Source of the DNA: Thelocarpon superellum
Lineage: Eukaryota
Assembly: GCA_026025795.1 (NCBI GenBank)
Contig: JAPEUG010000087.1
Span: forward strand, 1 to 51,504
Direction: 5' to 3'
DNA length: 51,504 bases
Part shown: piece after piece, positions 1-12,600 of the stretch
Layout of the letters: the number at the start of each line of letters is the position of its first letter
Position numbering within the stretch: position 1 is the first letter of the stretch
Program-made: the position numbers and the translations under genes
Notes under the pieces: model-generated
Told to the model about the DNA's origin: nothing
What the model saw: only the letters and a program-made list of their open reading frames with translations
Databases searched by the model: none

Positions 1-787
1 ATGGCATGACTACCTACTACAGGGAGTTCGGACTCTGGCTTCGTCCACTTCTTCAAACGCCACCGTCAGCGGGTCGTATGACGATCCGGAGTCCGGGACC
101 GAGGTGGCCAGATCGGAAGCATGAAGTTGTTGGGCGGATGGTGGCAATAACCCCTAGACCGGCCAATGGCCAGCACGATATCTGCCCACGAGGGCTCCGA
201 TTGTCAGATGTCTGGCACAATTGGTCGCGTTCTTGGGTCATATAATTAATTGAACTCTTGCGTCGGTCGTTGGAGGTTGCCATTTGCCTTGCTTGAACAT
301 GCGTGGACCATGAACGTGCCATTCGCATCACATTGCACGTCTCATGAAAGAACCCATGAGACAACCCATGAGAGAGGGTGGATCGGCGGGTGCGTGTGCC
401 ACGCCACACGGTGGTCCCTGATGGTGGCGGCAGTGGCCGAGTGGCTGCCACCTGCAGGAGAATGGAACGACGAGCGCTTCCTACTAGGTAAGTCTTGCTC
501 GCCCTCCGTACAGTGCAAAGATCATTGTACGAAGCACTTCGTACGAAGCACGAATACTCTGACGCCCGTGGCGCCACATGCCACCGTAGTACTCGCGAAT
601 GGTAGCCCCGCGGAGGTGGGTTCAGTTAAGCGTCTTCAGCAATCTAATGACGTCTACGAAACTGAGATGTTTCGGACGTTCCATTGGGGCATGAATTCGA
701 ACATTTGTAGACACCCCGTCCATCGTGCCAATCTTTTCCGTGTCAAGCATTGGCGCATTGGACGATTCCAATTGCCTCCATCCGTAC

Positions 788-1706
788 ATGGCCCATGGAA
801 GCACGGAGGAGAATATTGCTCCCTCCATCGCGGTGAACCGACTGCACTACGCATTTCCCGACGGCACCTCTGGTCTCCACGACGTCATCCTCGATCTGCC
901 ACCACGCAGTCGCACGCTCTTGATTGGCGGTAAGGACGAACTGGGGCGCCCAGTTTCCTGGTCCTCGTCGAGGCCGTGCTGACGCGCCACGCCTAGCCAA
1001 CGGCGCCGGCAAGACCACCTTGCTACGCCTACTCTCCGGCAAGCGTCTCGCACCGACGGGTACGGTCAACATTGCGGGCGTCGATCCCTTCAGCCATGGC
1101 TTGAAAGGCGTGACCTACCTCGGGCTGGAGTGGGTGCTGAACCCGGTCGTGCGCACCGACATCGATGTGCCCACGCTGCTGTCGTCCGTGGGGGGCGACT
1201 ACTACTCGGCGAGACGAGATGAGCTGGTTGAGATTCTCGATATCGATCTGGCGTGGCGCATGCATGCCGTGAGCGATGGGGAGCGGCGACGTGTCCAGCT
1301 CGCCATGGGTCTGCTGAGACCGTGGAGCATCCTGCTCTTGGATGAGATCACGGTCGATTTGGATCTGCTGAGTCGGAGCAATTTCTTGCACTTCTTGAAA
1401 CGGGAGACCGAGTCGAGGCCCTGTACCATCGTCTACGCCACGCACATCCTCGATAATCTGGCAGACTGGCCCACGCACCTGGTGCACATGTCGATGGGCC
1501 GCGTGAAAGAGTGGGGCGCGGTCGAGGATTTTCGCGTCGATCAAATCGCCCAGACGGGCAATAGCCAGCTCGGCGAGCTCGTGCTGACCTGGCTGACGGC
1601 AGATTTGAAGAAGAGGGGGCCCCGCGGAGGCCGGGGTACCGAGGGGAAGACATACCAGTCCATGGAAGGACTGGGCGGCTACGGCAACGAGAAAAGTCGT
1701 TCATGA
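788..1706 (+). CDS. CAF16: Soluble ABC ATPase, CCR4-associated factor 16-like (2 exons, intron 930-996)
   Basis: Splicing GTAAGG...CTGAC...CTAG joins LLIG to ANGAGKTT (Walker A). The protein also has the [13 protein letters not shown] signature, LLLDE Walker B and YATHI switch. It has a single NBD and no TM segments. Confidence 0.85.
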
Positions 1707-1812
1707 GGCTTTGCCAGGCATTCTAGACGGTCTTGGGGAGAGGCGGAAGCGACACGCATCTCGACATTCAACATGGGCAGCCTGTGCTTAAGAAAACCAT
1801 CTATCGAGCCAC

Positions 1813-4551
1813 TCATGCGGAGGAAGCTTCGCCGCTGGACTTGTGTAAAATTGGAAGTCGAACGGTGTAGATGCGTACCGAGGTATCCTCACTCACCACG
1901 GCCAATTGATGAGAGGTCGTTGTACCGTCGGACTCGCTCGCGTCTACTCCATCGAACGACTTGCTGCCCGGTCTCCAGGCCACTTGCGTGACCGATCGCG
2001 AGGGCCCAATCCTGTCGTGGGCGGAACATTAGCTGAAGTGACATACCAGGTGGTATGGATCGGCTCTCGTACCTCTTGTCCAATGTAAAGGAATCTTGAA
2101 TCGCGAGAGAGTCTCGGGCCAGAATGACGAGCTGCACGGTGCCATCCTCGAGACCCAGGACCAGCAGCAGTCGCTCTCCCAGCGCATGAGGGAAGAAGGC
2201 AAGGGAGGTAACAGGGCAGCCCGCAGAGATTGTAGTCTTGCATTGGACCTCCTCACCCGGTGAGTTGGCTGGAAAGGCCCATATCTTGGCCTTGGGAAGG
2301 ATCAGCGTCCGCGCAAAAAATCGACGTAGAGCCGCCTCACCGTTTTGTCCCGACTGGCTGTGGCAAACACCCGCGGGCATGGAGCGGGGGCCCAGGACGC
2401 GTCGAGAACCATGCGCGAATGCCCCTTGGATTGCGAGAAGACCGGCCCATACAAGCCAGACTGGGTCGCTCCAGCCCTCTTGAAAACGCTCCATTGCCGA
2501 TCCCGACCGACACTGAGTAGGTATTGATCATCATGCGAAAATTGCAGTCGCGTCACGGTCAACGCATGCGCAGTCAGCGGCGGCTTGATCTCGCGCCAGC
2601 TGGCCGTGTCAAACAGCCGGATCAGCGCATGTTCGATGGAGCTAGCTCGACACGCCGTGGCCACCACCGACCCGTCATGACTTGACGCCACCGCCGAGAT
2701 CTCGTACCCATGACCGTAGAGCTTCTCCATTTCGGGCCATAGCGTGTGACGTGCCAGATGGTCCTCGAGCGGAGGATGATCGATGTTGAGGGTGGAGCGG
2801 CGAGACTTGGCGCCGGGATCGACGGCTTCTCGCTCGTCACCCACGTCTTGCACGACCAGCTCTTCATCGTCCGCAACTGGAGTGGCCTTGTTGGACAAGC
2901 CGAGAACGGGCACATTGGCAGCATCAGGCATGTGGGACCGCGCGAATGTCTTTGTGCCACAAAGTCGTCCCAGGAGGTATGCTACCGTCCGGGGCTCTTC
3001 GAAGACGCGGAGGAGCTTCTCGTCCGCACCGGAAATGAACCGAGACGCCGGCATGGTATCGATACAATTCAGATCATAGCCGTGGATCTGTGGTCGCGCG
3101 AACTCGTGCCACGAGTCTACGTGGGCGGGCTTCTTCCACTCGGCGAATAGTCTCGTCGTCTGGTCTGCACTAAGGTCCGTCAGCGTCGGCAGCACTGGGC
3201 GCGAAGCTGTGAGGACAAACCTCGTCGTGAGTAAGTAGGAGCCATCTTTGGCCCATGCCGTACCGGAGATGGCCTTGGTATGGCCCGACACCGCCACTCT
3301 TGGGAGCCATGTATTCTGCTCGGCGGCTCGTTGCCACAATCTCCAGCTGCCACTCCTCCCTAGGCTGGCAACGGCGGTGCCGTTTGGCGACCATAGACCA
3401 ATCCAGAAGCCGCCTGTACTTCCCGTCGCCGTCGTCGATCCCTTTTGACCGCTGATCTCGCCCAGGCGCGTTGTACAGACCCAGACCCCCGAGGCCTGAT
3501 CCGCCTCCCATATCGCCAGGGAGTTGTCTGCGGAAGCAGACAATAATTGCAAACCCCCTCCGTGGCTGCACCAGGCGGTCGTGTACACCCAGTCATCGTG
3601 ACCCAGCAGTAAGGCTTCAAACGTCACTGAGTAAGTCGGAAATGGGTGTTGAAAGCGATGAGCTTTGTTGGATAGTGACTTTTCAAAACCGCCCAACACC
3701 ACTTGTCCTGCTACTGCGTGGGCTGGGGGCAGGTCCTCTCCTTGATGGATCCGCCACAGTCGGATGTATTTATCCTGGCTAGCCGACGCAAGTAGCAGAT
3801 CGCCACGCTTCCCAGGGAATTCCGGCGTCAGGGCGAGTGATCGGATCCATCCTTCATGCCCAACCAGGGCGAATTGAAAGGAAAACATCAACGGTTGCTC
3901 CGGCTTAGCGGGATGGGTAACATAGATCTGGACCGTGCTCGCTGTACCGGCCACGGCCAGGAGGACAGGGGCTGTAGCATCGTCTGTGAGAGGAGCCAAG
4001 GCCAGTGCTAATGGAAGGAAGGCTGGTCGTAGCTCGATGGTTTGGACGAGCGAGACCGCGGCTTGGCCGTCACGACCATCGAGCTTCCACAGCTTCACGG
4101 ATTTATCCGCGGATCCAGAAGCACAGATGCCGCTGTGGTCCTCGAGGGTCAAGACATTGATCGAGCTTTGGTGCTCGGAAAGCACAACGACCGATGAGAA
4201 GCCTGCCGGGGTGGAGGCATCTTGTCTCCAGAGACGAATGGTTTTATCCACAGAGCCACTCAGGAGGAGAGTCTCCTTCAAGGACATGCAGTGCCAGAAG
4301 CGCACCACCGTCACCTTCGCCGAGTGTCCGGCGAGCAAGGCAAAGACGCCTCTTTGGCGCTCTTCCTTTGCTTGAGAGGTTACAACGTGTGTGGGGAGAA
4401 CCCAAGGAAGACTGAGACTCACGAGAGGCTTCCACACGGCAATGTTATGATCGGCGCCAAAGGCCAACAGACCAGTGGAGGCATCCCAGTCTGCGGCGGC
4501 CGGGTGCCTGTTTCCTCCGACGGCCACGAAGTCGGGCTCGATGGAAATCAT
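1813..4551 (-). CDS. ELP2: Elongator complex subunit 2 (double WD40 propeller), 5 exons
   Basis: Motifs include GGNRHPAAADW, GHEGWIRSL, LASASQDKYIRLW, WHEFARPQIHGYD and LWPEMEKLYGHGYE. Introns lie at 4366-4422, 3170-3220, ~2292-2341 and ~2012-2072. The spliced C-terminus reads QVAWRP...LAVVSEDTSVRIY...SSA* (stop 1813-1815). Confidence 0.93.
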
Positions 4552-4809
4552 TGGGAGGCTGTGCTATATCCCCATCACGGTTGTCAGCCGGCATCGCCAG
4601 CATCGCAAAGGAGCAATGCTGCTTTACTTTGCGTCGTGGGGTGGAAATGTTGGTGTGTTCCTCTCCGTATTCTCGTCTAAGCTTCCGTCGCTTTGATCTT
4701 GAGACGCACAAGAACAAACAATCGACGCTCTTTCCATGACCTCAAACGCAGGCGAGCCGGCCAATTATCTTCTGCTTCCGAGACCGATGACCTCTCACTG
4801 ACCCTGAGG
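4552..4809. promoter_or_regulatory. Probable bidirectional promoter shared by ELP2 and URM1
   Basis: Only 258 bp separate the divergent start codons. Confidence 0.6.
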
Positions 4810-5281
4810 ATGACGGAGATTCTCCCTTCTGATGCCAACAAACAGCCATCGGCCAACACGGCGCCTTTGCCCATCGTTGTGGAATTCGCGTAGGTGTCTT
4901 GAATCGTTGCATCTAACACAGCTCTAAGCCCGTCTTTAGGGGTGGCCTGGAGATGCTCTTCTCCAACAAGAGGCGTCATGAGCTGTCCATCCCTGATGTC
5001 AACGATGACGGTACTCCGACCAACGTCGCCTTGCTCGTGGACTTCCTCTGCGATCACGTCATGCGCGACCCGCGGAAAGAGCTCTTCGTGCTCGACGGCA
5101 GCGTGTAAGCATTGACTGCTCTCGTAGACGAACGGTTCAATGAATACTGATGCCGTGACCTAGTCGACCGGGGATCTTGGTCCTCATCAATGATGCCGAC
5201 TGGGAATTGGAGGGAGAGGAGAAATACGAACTGAAGGCCGACGACAACATTCTGTTCGTGTCTACGCTGCACGGTGGATGA
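4810..5281 (+). CDS. URM1: Ubiquitin-related modifier 1 / sulfur carrier for tRNA U34 thiolation, 3 exons
   Basis: Spliced product: ...[19 protein letters not shown]...[49 protein letters not shown]. The C-terminal STLHGG is diagnostic. Two canonical introns. Confidence 0.95.
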
Positions 5282-5501
5282 GGCTCAAATCCCAAGTACG
5301 ACTTGATGAGGGTGGGCGAGCAATTCTCCCTACGGCCCTACCGGCCTACGGGCCTCGATGCAAGGCGTAAGATACATCGGATATCTCCATGGTCTCTCCA
5401 AGGCCCTTGGTCCCCATTTCCCACCGCAGGCGCCCAAGCATCCTTTCAAACTCCGAGCCAATACGTCCATGTCGTCCCAGCCCTGGGCATAATCACCGTC
5501 T

Positions 5502-7730
5502 TCAATTTTTCGGGACCTGCAAGTTCGCTGTGTCGGCGCGTGTTAGTTCCTCAACCGGCTCCTGTGGGGTACCAATGCCGGGCATGGGTGAAACCACCCC
5601 GCTCAAAGGCACCGGAATCTTGATGTCTTCCGGTGAATCGGGCACGATCTTCTCTGGGAGGTTCGGAATGCGGATCCGCTTGGTCTCGTTGTTGTAGCTG
5701 GCCGGAATAATCTGTGGCGGGTCAGTCGCGATCGGCCATGGATCGTCCTTGGCCGGTGATCCCACCTCAATAATCTCGTTTCGCGGAAACTTCAGGCTGG
5801 GTATGTCCGCGGCGTTACAGGCCATCAGATATCCATACAGGACCCGCAAGACGCTCTCGTGCGCGATGATGAGCAGGTCGTTCTTCTCCCGCTCAAGCTC
5901 CAGGATGACAGGCTCGAGTCGTACGGCGAGGTCGTGGTAGGACTATGAGGGCGTGAGCAGGAAGGATCATGCCGCGGCCATGACTTTCAAGTACTACCTA
6001 CCTCAGCCCGTGGATATCGGTGATGATATGGATCTTCCTCGTGCTTGGCCACCTCCTCGGGAAATTCACGGCGAATCGCTCCTTCCGACATCTTGCCACA
6101 GACGCCGGGGTTGAGTTGACTCATTTGCGACCGCTGACGCACCTTGAAGCCACGATCCTTGAGATACTGTGCCGTTTCTGTCGTACGCCGCCGCGTCGAG
6201 GTCCAGACGCTGAGAGGCTTTAGCGGCGGCGCGGAGCCATCACGATCGACGATTGCTTGTCGCTCCTCAGCACGGTGTCGCAAGAGGGTGTCTGCCATCT
6301 TCTTGGCATAGTCGTATCCCCCTTCCGAAAGGGATGCGTCCGTTTTGTAGAAATCCTCCTCGCTCGCGACACCGGCCTAAGAGATGGGTCAGTTGAAGGG
6401 CCGACGGCCCAGGTGACGCGCTTACCCTTGCGAAATATGTTTGGCGTGACTTGATGTGTAGGTTCAGGAGGTAGAACACGATCCGATGTGACAGGTAGCC
6501 AAACGAACAGTTATTCACCATCACTCGTTCACCTGCGTTGATCATCTGCCGTCAAGGATGCTTAGCTCACGAGTGAACTGGGAAGGCCATCACAGGAAGG
6601 GCAGCGAACCTTGACGTAATTCAGGTCGGATTCTTCCATGGTCTCGAAATGCGGAATCTTGGCCGACACTCGACGCAGATAGTCCTTGATGGCATCGTTT
6701 GGGTCCCAGCCCATGTACTGGCATGACCATCAATATCAGGGTGAAGATCACCTCTCGGCTCTCCAAGTGTCTACGTACATCGGGGGAGGAAATCTTGACG
6801 TTTCGAACATTTTCTTCAATGATTTTCTCATCGTCGCACGCGGACTCAATGAATAGCGTCTGGTGGACATCAGCAATCTTGGAAGATTTGCGGTCATCGG
6901 ACTAGGACAGCTGACCTGGACGCCATGTTTGAGAAACTCGTGAGCCAACGCCCTTCGCCCGGCGGCCACGGGATTCACGGCGTCATAGATGGCCACTTGA
7001 CCATTCTCGTGGTTGAGAAAGTAGAGAATGTCCTCACGACACTTTTTCAGGATCTTACTGCGCAGTAAAACCGAGGATGGTGAAGCTGTTCCGCTGTGGC
7101 GTCAGCTGGACGGCCAATCCATTAGCTCCACGAGAAGTCCGACGAACCATTCACGAAGAAGTAGTCGTGCGGAAGGTCATCGCCATCGCCGACAGTGGCA
7201 CGACGGTAGTCCCCAAGGTGGAAAACCCTCGTCGTGACGCCTAGCCTATCGTCCATCGCCGTCAGTGTAAGGAGCATAACGCAGATGGGACCGCAGGACG
7301 ATGACCCACCATCGGAGATATCTCGCCAGGGCGACGGAGGTATGCCTGACCGAGACACCGCGAGTGTTAGTGTATGGATGTGTGCGCCAAGTCCTGCAGG
7401 CAGTCGACACGGTGATTCACTTACGTTTTGCCCCGCGCGGGCAACCCGACGGTGGAGATGATGATCCGGCCCGAGTGGAAGAGTCGACCCGACTCAGTGC
7501 TATACAGCTGCGCAGGAGCCATGGCCGTCTTCTCCGGAAGATCATGGATGGCATCCACCATGACGCTCGATTTCCGTCGAAATCGAGGCGACGTAGCCGC
7601 CAGCCCTCCGTTCCTGCAGGAGACATCAGGCCGAGAGCTTGCTGACGTGCAACCCGGGCGCAGCGAAGACGAGCATGTAATAGAGCTGGAGCATTCACGC
7701 AGGGACAAGGACTCACGTGAGAGTATCCAT
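5502..7730 (-). CDS. 6-phosphofructo-2-kinase/fructose-2,6-bisphosphatase family protein (YLR345W-like), multi-exon
   Basis: Motifs include PAQLYSTESGRLFHSGRII...VGLPARGKT (P-loop), RVFHLGDYRR, YHHRYPRAESY and LLIIAHESVLR. The ATG at 7730 (MDTLT|NGGL...) is inferred from a GTGAGT...CTGCAG intron. Confidence 0.85.
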
Positions 7731-8409
7731 GATGGGACTTGGTGCTGTGGAGTCCTTTCATTCACGGTTCTGTCGCCGGATACTCGTGGAGCGAGGGGGA
7801 AGTGGGGAAGGTCGCGAGCAATGCAATCATTAATGACAGCGGATAATTTGGGGGTATGAGGTCCCCGGTTTATCCCCTGGATATATCCAAAGGCCGTTGG
7901 AAGACGCCGAAATCCATCAGAATCCTATAATGCTGAAATCATGTCATCTGTGATTGAATCCCGGACCGTGCGACCCCAAGTCCGTCCATCGAGTACCTTT
8001 GGTCTGGTCCCTGGTCCCTGTTGTCGGAGTCTACGGCGGAGGTTAGGAATCGGCGGTTCTGGAAACGGTATGCCATACAGCGTCTACGTGCAGTTTCCGA
8101 AACGTTGCCCAGACATTGTGCTCTCCAATCTTGTTCTTATGTAATACGAGAGCTAGCGTGGCTGGAGAGTCTGGCGCGACGACCAGGAAACCGCAGCTGG
8201 CCGAAAAGTTCAGTACCTGCCTGGCAAACGCTCGTTGGCCCGTAGCTCCAAGTACACGGTAACCATCGTTGCCAGTCAACGCCGTGACCGCTTCCACTTC
8301 TTCCGCAGGGTGTGTCGTGACGGATCCGACAACCCCAGCTACATCGTGAGGGGTACCGCTGGGGCGTGTAGGTGATCCCGTGGAATCCAGCCGTCGGACG
8401 ACGTTCACC

Positions 8410-9623
8410 ATGGCGAGCGAAAAGCCGACGTCAATGTCTTTCCTGGCCGATAATGCGATCGCGGCCGCCTTCCGGGACACGTGGGCATCCTTCTCGGCGC
8501 ATCGAGAGGCATTGGGATTGAGCAATCCGGGGTCGGTGGAGAACATTGCGAAAGAGGTCCAGAAGGATGTCTTGCTCAACAACTACACCTTCACCGGCCT
8601 CCGAGCCGATCTGACCAAAGCCTTCGGGGTCACGCCTCTGTTCCAGATCTCGCATGCCTTCTCCATGGGCTCGCAGGCGCTCCCTCCCTACACCTTTGCG
8701 GCGCTGTACGGCACGAGTAATGTGCGGCACCCCTTCCTCTCTCCTTGCTCTTGATGAGCGGGGACGACTTCGGCGCTGACCGGTCGAGCAGGTATTGCTC
8801 CAAGGGAACGTCGACAATGACGGGCAGCTCTCCGCGCGGGCCAACTACCGATGGAGCCGGGCCTTTGCCACGAAGACCAACGCGCAAATTGCCCCCGGCC
8901 CTGGGCAAGCGATGTTACAAGTGGACAACGACTATACAGGCGATGACTTCACCGCGTCGCTGAAGGCACTCAATCCCTCGATCCTGGATGGCGGTCTTAC
9001 CGGCATCTTTGTCGGGAGCTACCTTCAAGCTGTCACCCCCAGTCTCGCGCTGGGCGTCGAGGCCGTGTGGCAACGCGCCGGCCTGAACCTGGGGCCCGAA
9101 ACCGCACTCTCCTACTGCGCCAAATATAAAGGTGACGATTGGATTGCGAGCGCCTCGCTCCAGGCACAGGGCGCCCTCAGTACATCATACTGGCGAAGGA
9201 TTACCGACAAGGTCGAAGCCGGGGCGGATCTGAACCTCCAGTTAGTGGGCCTGGGACGCGGACGTGGTGGAGGGTTGATGGGCGGCGCGATGGGGAAAGA
9301 GGGGCTTGCTACTCTCGGCGCGAAATACGACTTCCGCGCATCAACCTTCCGGGCACAAATTGACAGCAATGGCCGATTGGGATGCTTGCTCGAGAAGCGA
9401 TTAGCTCCCGCGGTCATGGTGACGTTTGCTGGCGACATGGACCATTCGAAGGTAAGTTGATGTAGCGCGTGGTTCGGACATGCACGGCAGCTGCTGATTT
9501 CCGGCCGTGCTGCAGCAACAAGCCAAGATTGGCTTGGCCGTCTCCATCGAAGCGGCAGGCGAAGAAATCATGGAGCAACAAGAGCGAGCGGCGGCATCGG
9601 CTGCGCTTCCACCTCCATATTAG
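8410..9623 (+). CDS. TOM40: Mitochondrial outer membrane translocase pore Tom40, 3 exons
   Basis: Motifs [36 protein letters not shown] and [18 protein letters not shown]. The last exon ends ...LPPPY*. Confidence 0.95.
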
Positions 9624-12600
9624 CCCCGTCGCGTGACGTGGACCGGCTCGGCATCATCCCTCCCCCTCTCGTCATCATCATCACCACCGGCTCCAACTCT
9701 CTCACTCCCACTCTCGCGCTTCTTATCTGTTTTATTAAATCCTCACTCTTCTCTCAGCGATTCAAGACGTTTCGGTGCCCAGCATGGCAAGTCACGGTTC
9801 CCCCCATCTGCCTCGGGAAATGAGGCCTGTATCTATGGTTTTCCCGTCGGCGGGCCCTCATCGTGTGTGCATTCTACAATAGACTTGGGTCCCGCCGAAT
9901 ATCATGGCTTCGCTAGATCTTCCTTGTGTGAAAGCTCTCGGCGTGCTGGGGCTAGTTTCCGTACGACCCTGCACCGGTTCACGCGCATGATAAAGCGGAT
10001 CCTTTCAGGTCCTTTTGGGAGTCCACAGGACTTAGGAAACCACCACGCCTCTCGTCGTTACTGCCGCGCCGTTGTGAGATGCACGGCCTCTCAAGTGACC
10101 TGGTCATTGACGACCTGACAAGCGACGAGCCACGCGTCCGTCCCAGGCGAAAGGAGCATTGTGACCTGTGACTGCGCCGCCTCCCCAACCGGTGCGATGC
10201 AGCCTGCCCCTTGCCTCTTCAGCCCTGTGTTACGTCGCCAAAGGCTACTGCACTGAGCCCTGCGAGACGACGAGCCCAGGGCTCTTTACGCCGTACCTCT
10301 CTGTGCTTGGTGCGCAGCAGGGGGGGGGGCGAGATCGGCGCACTCATTGCTACTATGGATCAATCCGACAGCTCGCCGTGCCAGTAGTGTGACGTGAATG
10401 TGAAAGCTACGCGAGTGCGAATTCTTTGGTCGACTTGAGCGAGGTTTGCATGGGCGGAATAGGTGGAGGGTGGACGTGGAGGGCCCACCACCGCTAACAT
10501 GCGGTAGTAGCGCCACCATCACCACTACCACTGGCGGGCCTGTGTCGCCACAGCCTGGCGTGGCAATGCTGATCTAGCCAGGAGCCCTGACAGACGTTGC
10601 ACTCTCACGGCCCACCCACCCATGCACGAGTACTTCAAAACATGTCTTTGTGTCATGGATGGGGGAATACTTGGAGGTTAGAGCTCGACTTCGAGATCAA
10701 GCTTCCTTGCGCACACATGCTCATCCATGCTTGGTAAAAGAAGCTACGACGTGTCAAGGCTCACCAATAGTATTGGTTACGGTTGGTCCATCATGAACGC
10801 ACAAACTTCTTCACAAGTACTGGCATCGAGCGCGCGGATGTGTTCAGGGTGCATCCTCACAGGGCCGCATCATGGTCATAGCCAGGACTACAAAGCATGC
10901 TGCGTGTGCTGCAGTATGCTGGACGTGGTAGTTGACCGTGCAGAACCTATGACCTCAGTGGATGGAGCCACCGAGCCATCTACTTAGTGTAGCCGTAGGT
11001 ATCTCCACGTACCTGGCACAGAGCACATCAGCAGGCCACAGCCTTGCAGGTCGAGGTATGCCCGCTGCGGACACAAGCGAGGGCATCACGTTCCGACAGG
11101 AAGGAATTCGACCAAGCGAGCTGGAACACTAGACGGCAACCCTGTGCAGCCTGCTGCCAGGCGTAGTCAGTACCTGGAATACTTGTCCGTACACAGGCGT
11201 TGTCGGATCTGACCGCACAGCTCGAGCTTGAGCAGTATGGTATGGGATAAGCACAACGTAGCCAGCAGGAATGAGGCGAGCTGGTGCATCATCGTGACAC
11301 AGACCAGGTGCCGGCCCGGGCGCCATCTGGACGTGCGCCCTCAATCAATTCAAGGTGACCCGTGAACCGTGGACGCTCACTGGCTTCTTGGCACCCCTCA
11401 ACGCACGCTCCCATGCCGGTCGCGCTCCTCGGTCAGACTCCCTTATGATTGTCGAAATTCCAATGTGGGCGAAGCAGGCCAAGTGGGGCCGGGTTCGGTG
11501 TCAGTTGAGGGCCAGGTCAGCGTCGGATCGAGCAAAAGTAGTCGTGGACAGTTGAAGACCCAGGCCGAAGAGGGAAAAGCGTGATCAAGATCTTCGTGGT
11601 CACGCGCACTCGGACCTTAGCGCCGCCGTCATTGGCCGGCACAGAAGCAGAGGCCAGACGACGCCGTCATCTTTGACGGCCGCACGGTGTCGCGCAACGC
11701 CAGGTGTGCGTGTGCGTGTGTGCCAGGGAGCGAGAATGGGAGACAAGTTACTGCGCCGGGACCTCCTGCTGCCCAAAACAGCAGTGGTGAAGAAGCCTTT
11801 CGTTGCGTCGGGTGAAATCGCAATCCGCCGACCCCCTCTTCTCTCCGCCTCCACCTCCTCCTCCTCCTCCTCCGCCGCCCCCATTAGACGCTGCCTGCCT
11901 CAGCTATGACGCGAGCTGCGGCGGATCTAGATCTAGTGTATGCACGGTGATTGGAAACGCATCGGCCCATGTTCGACGAGAGAAGGGCAGATGACTTCTT
12001 CGCGCGGCGCTGAATGAAAGGAAACGGAGCAGAGGAGCGGTAGCGGTTTCAGGGACACGCTTGTCGCCAAGCGAGGCGAAGCCCGCAACGCCCTCCTCGC
12101 CCGCCGAGAGGGCACCCGCGCTCGCCGTTGGTGAACCGAGGGGGGGGAAGTCCCACCCTGACGAGCCCGCGGCACTGGTTTGGTGCGGATCCAGGGTCCG
12201 AGGCGGAGCGGCATGCCCGGGTTGACGATGGCGGGGCTCGCGCCGACGTCCGCCACGGTCGTCAAGAAAGGCCCGGTCCTGACCTGACCTCTCGTTTCAG
12301 AAGACGAATGTGACCTGGGTGCTACATGTACAGGATTGCGTTGCTGCCATGGCATGCTTCCGGCCCTGCCCCCGGCGGCGCCTCTCTCGCTCAACTCGCC
12401 AAGCCGGTGACTGGCTGCGGCTCGAGGGCGCTGCGTGACATCTGTCGAGGGAGCATGCATGCCGTGACGCGCTTGGGTCCATTCGCTGAGGTCCGAAGGT
12501 TCCGACCATGGCCACATTGGACCCACTTGGACTGCCTCAAGGATTCCGCTGTCGGGTGCAGCTGCGCGCTCATCCCGGATGACCTGCGTGCGCAGCGGAC

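Noticed and set aside
527..551. GTACGAAGCAC direct repeat with overlapping inverted repeat upstream of CAF16
   Set aside because: Only two short units with no spacer array. It is not CRISPR-like and is compatible with a local duplication.
1..780. ORFs 6-245, 53-577 and 250-933; possible terminal exon near 23-123
   Set aside because: No recognisable motifs and no consistent splice model can be built inside the window. A fragment of a gene extending off the left edge cannot be excluded.
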